A stretch of 64,000 nt of DNA from an uncultured Actinomycetota bacterium. GTDB taxonomy: Bacteria > Actinomycetota > Actinomycetes > Mycobacteriales > Micromonosporaceae. How positions within the stretch are numbered: the first letter of the stretch is position 1; the number at the start of each line of letters is the position of its first letter. A program made the position numbers and the translations under genes. The notes below the pieces were generated by a model, which saw only the letters and a program-made list of their open reading frames with translations, did no database searches and was not told the origin of the DNA. This document shows, one piece after another, positions 30,490-40,385 of this stretch. The DNA lies in NCBI GenBank assembly GCA_963809545.1, contig CAWEKD010000004.1:120971-184970 (forward strand), given 5' to 3'.

Positions 30490-31833
30490 TCAGCCCCGTA
30501 CCGGCGGATCGTTGGCCAGCAGGTCCAGCGTCAGCGCGGCGGTCCAACTGAACGCAGCCGTGCCGACACCGGCCCCGGTTTCGGTGTGGAAATATTCGTA
30601 GCAGCCTGACGAGCGCACCAGGTCGAGCATCGCTCGCCGCAGCGCATCCGCCAACACCGGCTGCTCCTGCAGGTGCAGGGCTCGCCACAGCAGCCAGTTC
30701 ATGTTGACCCACAGGGGGCCCCGCCAGTACCGGACAGGATCCAGGTCGGCGGCGGTGCGGTCGTAGCTGGGCAGCGGCAGCCGCATCTGCTCGGACAACC
30801 CGAATCGCGGCGAAGCCGCCTCGGCGATCACGCTCTTGACCACATCATCGGGTAGTTCGGGCAGAATCAGCGGAATCAACCCACCCAGGTAGCGCTGGGG
30901 GCAGAGCTGCCCGGTGCGCAGATCAAGGGCGTGGAACATGCCGGTGGCCGGGTTGTACAGGCGGTCCACCAGCGCCTCGGTGATGGCCCGGGCCCGCTCG
31001 AGGTGCGGCTTGGGGTCGTGTCCCAGCACACGGGCGATGTCGGCCAGCGCGTACTCCGCCGCGGCGAGGATGGCGTTGAACGCCGAGCACTCCGCCAGGA
31101 ACGGATGCCACTCGGCGGCGCCCTGGTCGCGGTACTGGTGGTCCCGGTAGCTGGCGGCCAAGAGGATGTACCGGGCGTAGTCGATGTCGGTGGGGCGGTG
31201 GGAGCGTTCGGAAACATCCAGGTCCAGTCGCCGGTACTGGCGCAGCAGCTCCAGGTCGGCCGGCACCGCCTGCATCGGCACGTCCCAGGCCGGGCTGTTG
31301 TCCTGCCCGGACTCCCATGGGTGCACGATGCAGGCCAGACCACCCCCGCCCAGATCCCGGTGGGTGGTCAGGTACCGCTGCTGGGCCACCAGTCGCGGGT
31401 ACAGCCAGTGCAGCTCCGCCAACGCCTGCTGCCGGGCCGCGGGATCGGTGGCTCGGCGGTAGAGCTCCCAGACCCCGACGGCGTGCACCGGCGGCTGCAC
31501 GATCCCGCTGGTGGGGCGGGCCGGGGCGAACGGGGTCTCGGTCGAGCGCCAGAACTGCGGGCCGGGGAAGTAGGTCTCGGACCGGTCGCTGTGGGCGTCG
31601 AACACGATGTGCGGTACCCGTCCGTCTCCCCACTGCGCCTCGAACAGCGTCCGCAGATCACGCCAGCCGCGGGCGGGATCGACGTGGGCTAGCCCCACCG
31701 CGATGAAACCAGCGTCCCAGCTCCACTGGTACGGATACAGGGTGCGGGACGGCACCGTATGGTCATGCCACCAGTTGTCGGCCAAGGTGGTTATCGCCAG
31801 CCGCCGCAGCTGCTTATCGCTGATCGGTTCCAT
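30490..31833 (-). CDS. GH63-like six-hairpin glycosidase (glucosylglycerate/mannosylglycerate hydrolase-like)
   Basis: 447 aa, YPYQWSWDAGFIA, HPWESGQDNSPAWD, YWRGPLWVNMNWL, YEYFHTETG. Resembles MGH1-like GH63 enzymes from memory. Confidence 0.75.
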   Translation of the reverse strand: MEPISDKQLRRLAITTLADNWWHDHTVPSRTLYPYQWSWDAGFIAVGLAHVDPARGWRDLRTLFEAQWGDGRVPHIVFDAHSDRSETYFPGPQFWRSTETPFAPARPTSGIVQPPVHAVGVWELYRRATDPAARQQALAELHWLYPRLVAQQRYLTTHRDLGGGGLACIVHPWESGQDNSPAWDVPMQAVPADLELLRQYRRLDLDVSERSHRPTDIDYARYILLAASYRDHQYRDQGAAEWHPFLAECSAFNAILAAAEYALADIARVLGHDPKPHLERARAITEALVDRLYNPATGMFHALDLRTGQLCPQRYLGGLIPLILPELPDDVVKSVIAEAASPRFGLSEQMRLPLPSYDRTAADLDPVRYWRGPLWVNMNWLLWRALHLQEQPVLADALRRAMLDLVRSSGCYEYFHTETGAGVGTAAFSWTAALTLDLLANDPPVRG

Positions 31834-31964
31834 GCGCTACCTCGGTGTGTCGAACCGTTCGTCACATTACCCCGATCCGCGATAAATGTTCCAAACCCCG
31901 GGTGGGAAGGTCGCCAAGCCCACATTCTGCGGGCCGGCGGCCGCGGGCCCTGAGAAAACTCGTC

Positions 31965-32030
31965 CGGGAAAAACAGCGCCGGCCCATCTGACCGGAGCAC
32001 CGCGTAGGGCACCGATCGGATGGGCCGGCG
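31965..32030 (-). terminator. Candidate intrinsic terminator of the cold-shock gene
   Basis: 12-bp inverted arms cgccggcccatc (31977..31988) and gatgggccggcg (32019..32030). On the minus strand they are followed by CTGTTTTTCC. The 30-nt loop is long. Confidence 0.45.
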
Positions 32031-32050
32031 ATTTGACGTCTAGGGCGTTC

Positions 32051-32254
32051 TCAGATAGCGCGCACCTGGTCGGCCTGCGGCCCCTTCGGGCCCTGCGTTA
32101 CCTGGAACTCGACCCGCTGGTTCTCCTCCAGCGTCCGGTAGCCGTTCGACTGGATGGCCGAGAAGTGGACGAACACGTCCTCCCCGCCGCCGTCGACGGA
32201 GATGAAACCGAATCCCTTCTCAGCGTTGAACCACTTGACGGTGCCCTGTGCCAT
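32051..32254 (-). CDS. csp: Cold-shock protein (CspA family)
   Basis: ORF trimmed to ATG at 32254: [34 protein letters not shown], 67 aa with RNP1/RNP2 motifs. Long upstream untranslated region. Confidence 0.95.
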   Translation of the reverse strand: MAQGTVKWFNAEKGFGFISVDGGGEDVFVHFSAIQSNGYRTLEENQRVEFQVTQGPKGPQADQVRAI

Positions 32255-32503
32255 GTCCTGCTCCCTTGATGCAACAAACTTTGACGGCCCACGCACGCCG
32301 CATGGCCATCAGGCCAATTTCGTGCAGCGGCGTGCTCCCGCGGACGGGTGGCACAGACCACATACCCAAAAAAGCCCACACTGAGCATAGCCCAGCGGGA
32401 TTCATATCGCCTCCCGCCACAAGCTGTGCCGGTGATCTCAATTCGGAAAATCCCGGTAGACCCGGCCCTGCCCCGGCGAACCTCGCCGGAAAGCGCCAGC
32501 CGG

Positions 32504-34018
32504 CTACGGGCCGGCCGGCTCCCCCGCGGGACGCTCCGGCTCCGAAACGACCCGAGGTGGCGGGGTCGAGGTGGCCGAGGTCGGCAAGGCGCTGCCCGTG
32601 GTCGCCTCCGCCCGCTGGCGCAGCAGTCGCGCCACCGCGGTGATGTCCGCCGGAGAGCTACGAGAAGCCAGCCAGAACATGGCCGCGGTCGGCAGGAAGA
32701 ACAACTGGAAGATGGCCAGCCCCACCGCGTAGTTGACCGGAGACGGCAGCGCCCGCGCCACGGCCTCGAACGTCCGCACCACCAGCGAGGCGCCGGCCGC
32801 CCGCCCGAGCCCGTTGGCGAGGTTGCCGAGGCTGAACACGGTGCCCCGGTGCTCCGGCGGATTGACCTCCGCCAACAGTGCGTAGGTGTTCGGCGCCTGG
32901 GCCGACAGCAGCCCGATCGCCAACAGTGCCAGCAGGAAGGTGGCGGCCATGGCCGGTTCGGTGACCACGCTCCGCAGCACCGCCAGCGCGATCTCCCCCT
33001 GGTCCCGGGTCTCCGGCGACAGATCCAGCCGCAACGGCACGAAGAACAGGCCGATGAACAGCGGTACCGCCAGGAACACCCCGATCGCCGCCACCTGGGC
33101 GCGGCCCCGGAGCGTACGGCGTTGCCGCCGGTCCCCCACCAGCCCACCGATCAGCGACAGCACCGCCCCGCTGTAGGCCAGGATGGTGAACATGCTGCCG
33201 ATCTCGATCGCGGTCGGTTCGGGGTAGCCCAACTCCTCGGCCTTGGCTTGGAACAGCCGCGGCACCCACACCAGCGAGCCGTACGCGATCTGGGCGGTGA
33301 ACCCCTGCGCGACCAGCCAGAGGTTGGTCCGCCGGGTGAACAACTGCGGCAGGTCGGCCCGCCGGATCCGGTACTGGTAGACCTCCCCGGCCTCGTACAG
33401 CGCCTGCAGCGCCGGCTCCCGCTGGCCACGCGGGACGTTGATGGTGAACAGGTAGGCCACCGTGGCCAACAGCCCGGCCAGCGCCAGCACCCGGAACGGC
33501 GCCCGCCAGTCCGCGGAGCCCACCAGCCCCGCCAGCGCGACTCCCACCAGGGTGCCCGCGCCTTGGGACAGCCCCCACAGCCCCATCACCAGCCCGCGTC
33601 GGCGCGGCGAGATCAGGTCGCTGACCACGCTGAAGCCGACCGAGGCCACCGCACCCAGGCCGATTCCGGCCAGGGCTTGGGCGGCGAGGAACGCCGGATA
33701 CCCGGTGGTGACGGCGGTGGCGCCCATTCCGGCCGACCACAGCAGGGTGCCGAGCATCAGCACCCGCTTCCGGTCGGCCCGGTCCCCCAGATACCCCCAG
33801 CCCAGCGCGGCGACCGCCGTGAGCAGGAGGTTGAGGGAGACCGCGGTGGCCACGCCCGCCTCCGAGGTGGCCAGATCGCGGCTGATCGGACTGAGCAGCG
33901 GGGGCGGTAGCGCGATCGCGACGTTGTCCAACGCCGCGAGCACCACGAACACCGTCACGCTGTAGGCGCGGTGGGCGGCGCTTCCCCGCACCCGCCGGGT
34001 AGAGCCGGTACCGGTCAC
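32504..34018 (-). CDS. MFS transporter
   Basis: 504 aa, 12-14 hydrophobic segments, GYLGDRADRKRVLMLG loop 2-3 motif. Confidence 0.8.
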   Translation of the reverse strand: MTGTGSTRRVRGSAAHRAYSVTVFVVLAALDNVAIALPPPLLSPISRDLATSEAGVATAVSLNLLLTAVAALGWGYLGDRADRKRVLMLGTLLWSAGMGATAVTTGYPAFLAAQALAGIGLGAVASVGFSVVSDLISPRRRGLVMGLWGLSQGAGTLVGVALAGLVGSADWRAPFRVLALAGLLATVAYLFTINVPRGQREPALQALYEAGEVYQYRIRRADLPQLFTRRTNLWLVAQGFTAQIAYGSLVWVPRLFQAKAEELGYPEPTAIEIGSMFTILAYSGAVLSLIGGLVGDRRQRRTLRGRAQVAAIGVFLAVPLFIGLFFVPLRLDLSPETRDQGEIALAVLRSVVTEPAMAATFLLALLAIGLLSAQAPNTYALLAEVNPPEHRGTVFSLGNLANGLGRAAGASLVVRTFEAVARALPSPVNYAVGLAIFQLFFLPTAAMFWLASRSSPADITAVARLLRQRAEATTGSALPTSATSTPPPRVVSEPERPAGEPAGP

Positions 34019-34096
34019 GTCCGGACACTCAACCAGACCCGCGGAACCGGGTCACGGCTGGGGCCGTGGTGACCGGCCCGGCACCTCATCCGACCG

Positions 34097-34524
34097 TTAG
34101 CGACCAGTCACCAACCGGTTGACCGCGGCGTCTACGTCCAGGTACTCCGATTCCTGGCCTCGAGGCACCACCACGTACGTGCGGCGTAGGAACCGCACCA
34201 ACACACTGCGCGGGACCTCGAACAAGGCGTTACCGTCCGGCGACGACAGCGCCAGCGCGACGAAATCCCCCGCGGGTTCGCCCACGGCCAGACCCGAACG
34301 TCCCCGATACCGGCCGGCTCGTCCAGCCCAGTCACCAGTAGCTCCCGAGCGAACGACCAGCCGACCGCCTCCCCGCCGGCGGAGTCGGCGTGGAAGAGTA
34401 CGTGCACCGCGTACGGGTCAGCTGGGTCGTACCGAAGGCTGGCGCGCACCGGCAGTGCGGTCGCGTCAGGTGCTACCAGTCGCAGCGATGTTTCGACCTC
34501 AACGGTCGTTGGTTTGACGTTCAT
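34097..34524 (-). pseudogene. ssgB: SsgA/SsgB-family sporulation-specific cell division protein, apparent frameshift
   Basis: ATG at 34524: MNVKPTTVEVETSLRLVAPDATALPVRASLRYDPADPYAVHVLFH...GDVRVWPW, then junk. ORF 34097..34285 carries the rest (GEPAGDFVALALSSPDGNALFEVPRSVLVRFLRRTYVVVPRGQE). Both halves align to Streptomyces SsgB as I remember it. Confidence 0.8.
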
Positions 34525-34955
34525 CGGTTTCTCCCCCCGGCACCGCTGCGGAGCCGACGTACTCCGCCCCATCCATGATCAGACGGCGTACGTGACTACG
34601 CTCCGCTATGAGCCTATCTCACTCTGTAGTGGGACCACGCGCCCTGAGTCCAACCACCTGTCCGCTGCTTTCCCCTGTTCCGTCCGGTTCCATGCATGCA
34701 AACGACAAGCTCATCGACGACATTGCCGCGGTGCAGAGGTCGACTACCCCGGTAACGCCCACTCCCCGGGGCGAGTGACGGGTATCCGGTCACCCGAAGC
34801 CGACAGCGGTGTAATTTGTCCGGATTCCTGGTGGAAGATCCACCCACTGGTCGCACCCCGAAACTCCCGCGCCCGCCCTCGAGCGGGCCTTCCCGACATC
34901 CGCCGACCCCGGGTGTGCAACCGGGCCGCAAATGCGCTACAGTGCTCAACGGCTC

Positions 34956-35030
34956 GGGCGGTTGGCGCAGCGGGAGCGCGCTTCGTTCACACCGAAGAGG
35001 TCACTGGTTCGATCCCAGTACCGCCCACCA
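34956..35030 (+). tRNA. tRNA-Val (anticodon CAC), CCA encoded
   Basis: Manual cloverleaf. Acceptor GGGCGGT/ACCGCCC, D stem GCGC/GCGC, anticodon stem CTTCG/CGAAG with loop TTCACAC, T arm ACTGG-TTCGATC-CCAGT, then ACCA. Confidence 0.9.
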
Positions 35031-35048
35031 TCAAAAACCCCAGCTCAC

Positions 35049-35080
35049 AGCCCCTCCTCGGAGGGGCTTTCTGCTTTCTC
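35049..35080 (+). terminator. Intrinsic terminator after tRNA-Val
   Basis: agcccctcc / ggaggggct stem (35049..35068) followed by ttctgctttctc. Confidence 0.6.
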
Positions 35081-35335
35081 GACCGTCCCTCACCGCCAGA
35101 AGGCGGCACAAAGGCGTCAAGGCACCCCACACGCGCCGGTCCCGCTCCCGGGTCGGGTGGGTGATCCCGCCACCGGCTACCGGCGTTGCCCGCTGGCGCT
35201 GTTGCGGTTCCCGGTGTTCCGGGAGGGCGGTCACCCCGCGGTGAGGTAGGGCGAGGGCACGACAGGACGCGAAGGGTTGATTCCGCCGATGACCACGCCG
35301 GCCAACCCGATCAGCGCGGCGGCCAAGGACCATGC

Positions 35336-35416
35336 GAACGAGTCACCGCCCTCGGCGGTCGCTTGCGCGCGGCACCGCGCGGCGAAGACGGCTTCACTGT
35401 CCACGCCGAACTTCCC
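35336..35416 (+). pseudogene. Remnant of the C-terminus of a NarL-partner (DesK/LiaS-type) sensor histidine kinase
   Basis: ERVTALGGRLRAAPRGEDGFTVHAELP matches the conserved kinase tail RERVxALGGxLxAGPxxxGGFxVxAxLP. No upstream kinase body and no proper stop. Confidence 0.4.
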
Positions 35417-35705
35417 ATGATGAATATGTCTTCAACACGCCGCCCGCATGGTGATCAGCCCCCTGATTGGATGCTGGGGACGACGGGACAGGAACGCCAA
35501 CCAGCGCGCCACATAGTCCCTACACCGCAGCCGCCCGGCACCCGGAGCCATGTACTCACCCGGTTGAGTGCAGTCTCGACCTCAACAAAGAACACGGAAG
35601 CTTCCTACCGGTGTGGAACGGGTGCCGTGGGCTGTCCGAGTTCTACACTTGCCCGGTGATTCTTCCGCGCCATGTTGGCCTTCCTACTCATAGGAGGCTG
35701 ACGCC

Positions 35706-36272
35706 ATGCGAAAACTGACCTTCGGTATGAACCTGAGCCTGGACGGCTTCATCGCCGCGCCCGGTGGCGACCTCAGCTGGAGTGAGCCGAGCGCCGAGCT
35801 GTTCCAGTGGTGGTCCGACCGGATCGGGGCGACCGGCACCGCGCTGTACGGGCGCAAACTGTGGGAGACGATGAGCTCCTACTGGCCGACCGCCGACCAG
35901 CAGCCGGATGTGACACCGGCGGAGATCGAGTTCGCCCGCCGCTGGCGAGCCATGCCGAAGGTGGTGTTCTCCTCGACGATCAGCACGGTCGACTGGAACG
36001 CCCGCCTAGTCACCGGCGACGCGATCACCGAGATCACCCGGCTCAAGGCCGAGGACGGCGGCTCCCTGGACATCGGCGGCGCCACACTCGCCGCAGCAGC
36101 CATGCGGAACGGACTGATCGACGAGTACGTGCTCATCACCCATCCGGTCCTGCTAGGTAGCGGCACACCGTTCTTTACGGCCCTGGACAACTGGGTGAAC
36201 CTGAACCTGGTGGAAACTCGGACGTTCCCCGACGGCGTGCTCCTGACCAGGTACGAGACCAGGCGCGCGTGA
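35706..36272 (+). CDS. Dihydrofolate reductase family protein (RibD C-terminal domain-like)
   Basis: 188 aa, MRKLTFGMNLSLDGFIAAPGGDLSW...YGRKLWETM...GGATLAAAAMRNGLIDEY. AGGAGG SD upstream. Confidence 0.8.
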   Translation: MRKLTFGMNLSLDGFIAAPGGDLSWSEPSAELFQWWSDRIGATGTALYGRKLWETMSSYWPTADQQPDVTPAEIEFARRWRAMPKVVFSSTISTVDWNARLVTGDAITEITRLKAEDGGSLDIGGATLAAAAMRNGLIDEYVLITHPVLLGSGTPFFTALDNWVNLNLVETRTFPDGVLLTRYETRRA

Positions 36273-36335
36273 TGGCACTGCCGCCCGTCCCCACTTATGG
36301 ATCGAGTACGGGCACGGTCACGGTAGGTTGTCCGT

Positions 36336-37070
36336 GTGGCGGCGCTGAGGGCGACCCGAGTGCAGATCTGGACCGATGGTGCGTGCAGCGGTAACCCGGG
36401 ACCCGGTGGCTGGGGTGCCCTGTTGCGCTACGGCAAAGCCGAGAAGGAGCTGTACGGCGGTGAACCCACCCCCACGACGAACAACCGGATGGAGCTCACC
36501 GCCCCCATCCAGGCGCTGAACGCGCTGACCCGGGCATGCGTCATCGACCTGTACACGGACAGCACCTACGTGCGCAACGGCGTCATGTCGTGGATGGCGA
36601 ACTGGAAACGCAACGGCTGGCGTACGAAAGACGGGCAGCCGGTCAAGAACGCGGACCTGTGGCGTGAACTCGACGCCGCCATTGCCCGCCACCAGGAGGT
36701 CGTCTGGCATTGGGTGAAAGGCCACGCCGGTCAGGTGGAGAACGAACGCGCCGACCAACTCGCCGCTCGCGGTCTGCGGTCGGCCCTAGCGGCTGCCGGC
36801 GCTCCGGTACCGCCGTTGCCGCCGCCACGCCGCCAGGCCGCACCGCGGCCGTCAGCGACCGGCGAGGCAACCCAGTGTCGAGCCAGGACAAAAGCTGGCA
36901 AGCCCTGCCCGATCACCGCCCGACCTTCCGGCTTCTGCCATGTCCATGACCCCGCTGTTCTCTGCGGTGCCCCCACCAACCGCGGCACCCCGTGCGGTGT
37001 TGCTACCGGTGGCGGTCGGTGCCGTGCCCATGCGCATGTGACGATCACCGACGATGCCCTCGACCTCTGA
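36336..37070 (+). CDS. rnhA: Ribonuclease HI with C-terminal tandem Cys3His repeats
   Basis: 244 aa. RNase H core [20 protein letters not shown]...TNNRMEL...DSTYV...[18 protein letters not shown]. Pro-rich linker, then [24 protein letters not shown] and [23 protein letters not shown]. Confidence 0.85.
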   Translation: MAALRATRVQIWTDGACSGNPGPGGWGALLRYGKAEKELYGGEPTPTTNNRMELTAPIQALNALTRACVIDLYTDSTYVRNGVMSWMANWKRNGWRTKDGQPVKNADLWRELDAAIARHQEVVWHWVKGHAGQVENERADQLAARGLRSALAAAGAPVPPLPPPRRQAAPRPSATGEATQCRARTKAGKPCPITARPSGFCHVHDPAVLCGAPTNRGTPCGVATGGGRCRAHAHVTITDDALDL

Positions 37071-37700
37071 TCACATGCCCGCCCTGATAGTGGATGTCTG
37101 CGCATAACCCCAGCGAACTCAGCTGCCCGGGCACGGCGGGGCGGGCAGGGGCGTAACAGCCTCCAGTGATTGCCGCTTGGCGTATGAAACCGCATCCGGG
37201 ATGCTGGCGACGATGGCGATGCCACCGGCCAAGGCCGCGAGCAAGGCCCAGGCGAAATGAGCCGGGCCACTAGCCACCACCGTACGGGGTGTGAGTCCAG
37301 GGATCGGCTCGGGTGGTTTGCCGGAGTAGCAGTAGTAGCAGGTCTGTTGGCGCTGGCCCAAACTCGATGCGTTCCCAGTTACCGGCGGGCGAGACCGTCG
37401 CGACCGTTTACGCGGCCTTCAGGACATGATCGTTGAGGAACAGCAGCCCGGTGGCTGCCACCGTCACCGGGTGCATCAGCCAGGCCAGAGCTATCTGGAA
37501 GGGGCTTCGGGCCACCTCGGACGGTCCTCTGTCCACCGGCGCGCTGCTCATCTGTTGAAGCTATCGACTTCCGCTGCGCCGGACCAGTCCTGGCGCTCGT
37601 CACGATCGTGGTCGGTGCCGGCCCGCCCATAGCACCCATGTCGTTTAACCCTCCGGTGCGCGGGTAGCGACCGCAGATCTACGAGACCCCGGAGGCGGCC

Positions 37701-38909
37701 ATGAACCTGAGCACCGCACTGCGTGCCACCCTGCTGGGGGCGGCGACCGGACTGCGCAGTATGACCGGACTGGCGGCGGTCGCGCTGACCACGCCCCGTA
37801 GCGCCCACCCGGCCTGGGTGGGCCGCCTGGGTGGGGGGTGGGGACGCGGGGTGACCTCGCTCGCTGCCGCGAGTGAACTACTCACCGACAAGAGCGTGGG
37901 GTTGCCGAGCCGGCTCGAATCGCCGCTGTTCGGGCAGCGGCTCGCCGCGAGCGCGGTGAACGCCACTGCCCTGGCCAGGCGGGAAGGCGCCCGGCCGGTC
38001 CTGCCGGTGGTGCTGGCGATGGCCGGGGCGGCCGCCGCCACGTACCTGGGGGTGCGCTGGCGGACGTTCGCTCACCAGCGTGGGCGCGCCACCGCGGGCG
38101 CGGTGGTGGAGGACCTCGCCGCCATCGGCCTGGCTGCTGCGGCGACCCGGCGCGCGGGCGCGAGGCGGCTGGGCATGCCCCCGACGATCACGCCGCGGGA
38201 GAGCCCGATCCGACCCGCTGGCAGGGGCAAGGGCGCCTGGCTCACCAGCCTGGAGCTGGGCGCCAACCTGCTGCAGCAGACCACTCCGCTGAAGGATTTC
38301 GACGTGTACGTGGTCGGCTTCCACCCGGCCAAGGAGCACCCGGATATGCAGATGGAGGCGCATCACTACTGCCGGGTGGTCAACGACGATCTGATCCAGT
38401 GTGTGTTGTTCGACGGCAACACCCGGGACGCGAACCTGATCGGCGTGGAATACATCGTCTCGGAGCGGCTGTTCGAGACCCTGCCGGAGTCGGAGCGACG
38501 CTACTGGCATCCGCACAACTTCGAGATCCTCTCGGCGCAGCTGGTCGCTCCCGGGCTGCCCGAGGTGGCGGAGAAGTCGTTGATGAAGAAATTGCTCAAC
38601 GGCTACGGCAAGACCTGGCACACCTGGCACACCGGACGCCACGACGGCGAGCCGGGCCACGACCTGCCGGTGGGCGAGCCGATGCTGATGTGGTCCTTCA
38701 ACCGGGAAGGCGAGTGCGACGAGTCGCTGAAGCAGCACCGCAACCGAGCCATGGGCCTCGACGTGGCCAAGAAATACCGCGATCGACAGGATCTGGTGGC
38801 ACTGGCCCGTCCACAGTCAGGGGTGAATGACCTCAAGGACCGGTTCCGCGACACTACCCCGGTCCCCGGAGTGGTGGACATCTCCGACGCCGGCCGACCG
38901 GCACGATGA
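37701..38909 (+). CDS. Single ORF combining a DUF4126-like membrane segment and a DUF1264 (OBAP-like) domain
   Basis: 402 aa, GGAGG SD before ATG 37701. Residues 1-158 are hydrophobic/Gly-Ala-rich. Residues about 190-400 carry PLKDFDVYVVGFHPAKEHPDMQMEAHHYC...LIGVEYIVSERLF...YGKTWHTWH. Internal ATG at 38175. Confidence 0.65.
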   Translation: MNLSTALRATLLGAATGLRSMTGLAAVALTTPRSAHPAWVGRLGGGWGRGVTSLAAASELLTDKSVGLPSRLESPLFGQRLAASAVNATALARREGARPVLPVVLAMAGAAAATYLGVRWRTFAHQRGRATAGAVVEDLAAIGLAAAATRRAGARRLGMPPTITPRESPIRPAGRGKGAWLTSLELGANLLQQTTPLKDFDVYVVGFHPAKEHPDMQMEAHHYCRVVNDDLIQCVLFDGNTRDANLIGVEYIVSERLFETLPESERRYWHPHNFEILSAQLVAPGLPEVAEKSLMKKLLNGYGKTWHTWHTGRHDGEPGHDLPVGEPMLMWSFNREGECDESLKQHRNRAMGLDVAKKYRDRQDLVALARPQSGVNDLKDRFRDTTPVPGVVDISDAGRPAR

Positions 38910-38971
38910 CCGCCCGCCATCCCGCGTCGGTCTCACCGGCACCCGGCCTCACCTAGGTAGGGTGGTGGCTC

Positions 38972-39787
38972 ATGAGGGTGGCGACGTGGAACGTCAACTC
39001 CGTGGTGGCGCGCCTACCACGGTTGCTGGCGTGGCTGGAGCTCGCCAACCCCGACGTGGTGTGCCTGCAGGAGACCAAGTGCGCCGCGGAGGCGTTCCCC
39101 ACCGAAGCGATCGCTGAGCGCGGTTACCAGGTCGCGGCCCACGGCATGGGGCGGTGGAACGGGGTGGCGATCCTGTCCCGGGTCGGGCTGGCTGAGGTGA
39201 CCCGCGACCTGCCCGACCAGCCGCCGGCGCCGTCCGATCAGGACCCGGAGGCGCTGCTCGCGCCGCCGCGGGTGATCGAAGCCCGGGCGATCGCGGCTAC
39301 CTGCGGCCCGCTCCGGATCTGGTCGGTCTACGTGCCCAACGGCCGTAGCCCGGACAGTCCGCACTACGACTACAAGCTGCGTTGGCTCGCCGCCCTGCGG
39401 GACGCGCTCGTGCCGGAGCTGGCCGCCGGCGGTGCCCTGTTGGTGGCGGGTGACTTCAACGTCGCCCCCACCGACGCCGATGTGTGGGACCCGGCCGCGT
39501 TCGTCGGTGCCACCCACGTCACCGATGCGGAACGGCAGGCCCTGGCGCAGTTGCAGGCGTTGGGCCTGACCGACGTGGTGCCCCGGGCGCTGAAGTACGA
39601 CACCCCCTTCACCTATTGGGACTACCGGGCGGGGATGTTCCCCAAAAACTTCGGCATGCGCATCGACCTGGTCTACGCCAACCCGGCCGCCGCCGCGCGG
39701 GTCACCGACGCGTACGTCGACCGCGAGGCTCGCAAGGGCAAGGCCCCCTCCGACCACGCGCCAGTGGTGCTTGACCTGAACCTGTGA
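38972..39787 (+). CDS. xthA: Exodeoxyribonuclease III
   Basis: 271 aa, MRVATWNVNSV...VVCLQETK...GDFNVAP...SDHAPVVLDL. Confidence 0.9.
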   Translation: MRVATWNVNSVVARLPRLLAWLELANPDVVCLQETKCAAEAFPTEAIAERGYQVAAHGMGRWNGVAILSRVGLAEVTRDLPDQPPAPSDQDPEALLAPPRVIEARAIAATCGPLRIWSVYVPNGRSPDSPHYDYKLRWLAALRDALVPELAAGGALLVAGDFNVAPTDADVWDPAAFVGATHVTDAERQALAQLQALGLTDVVPRALKYDTPFTYWDYRAGMFPKNFGMRIDLVYANPAAAARVTDAYVDREARKGKAPSDHAPVVLDLNL

Positions 39788-40013
39788 ACTGCTTCCGAAC
39801 TGTTGAATCAGGACCTTTCACTCCTAGGAACTGCTGTCAGTCCTTTGTAGGATTTCTCTGATCAGCCTGGTTTTCAGCCCAACAACCACCTCCCTGCCGG
39901 GTTGACGGATTCGCGGTATTCGCCGCTCACATCGCGCTCATCAGCGGTCAGCCGGGTGGATCTCGCTGGCTACCATCCCCCTCCAGCCCGGCCTATCCGG
40001 ACCACTTGCCCCA

Positions 40014-40385
40014 GTGGACACCGGCCTGCCTCACCGGTTCCCCCGCCTGCGGGTGGCCGGCGACCTGCTGGTGGGCTGGTCCGGCAACGTGGTCGGTGCG
40101 CTCGACCTCCGGGACGGAAGCGTCCGATGGGTCCACCAGCCGACGTCCTACCAGAACAACCACGGCGCGATCGCGGCGTCCCCGTCCGGTGTGGTCATCG
40201 GACCGTTCGGTGGCGCGGTGATGGAGGTGATCGGTCTGGACGGCACCGCGCGGTCAACGCTCGATCAGCTCGGCGACATCACGGAGTTGCGGCAGATCGG
40301 GCCGGTCGTGGACGATCAGGTCGTCGTACGGTTCGCAGTCCGCCGCTGGGAAGCCTCGATCGCGTTGATCAGCCTCACCGGATGA
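40014..40385 (+). pseudogene. Fragment of a PQQ-like/beta-propeller repeat protein
   Basis: 123 aa from GTG with no SD. GDLLVGWSGNVVGALDLRDGSVRWVH resembles PQQ-propeller repeats. The open frame extends upstream to 39906 without a start. Confidence 0.3.

Noticed and set aside
37119-37551. 80-aa TTG-start ORF with one TM helix (37119..37361), and a 47-aa ATG ORF (37408..37551) ending LLFLNDHVLKAA that resembles the N-terminus of a larger membrane protein.
   Set aside because: One has only a TTG start and no SD; the other is truncated after about 47 codons. They may be remnants in the mosaic region after tRNA-Val. The evidence is too weak to call them genes.
39790-39960. A/T-rich stretch after xthA with loosely repeated GAACTGCT...CCTTT segments, considered as an att-like or repeat element.
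   Set aside because: The repeats are short and imperfect, and no partner copy was found elsewhere in the window. It could simply be terminator/promoter DNA.
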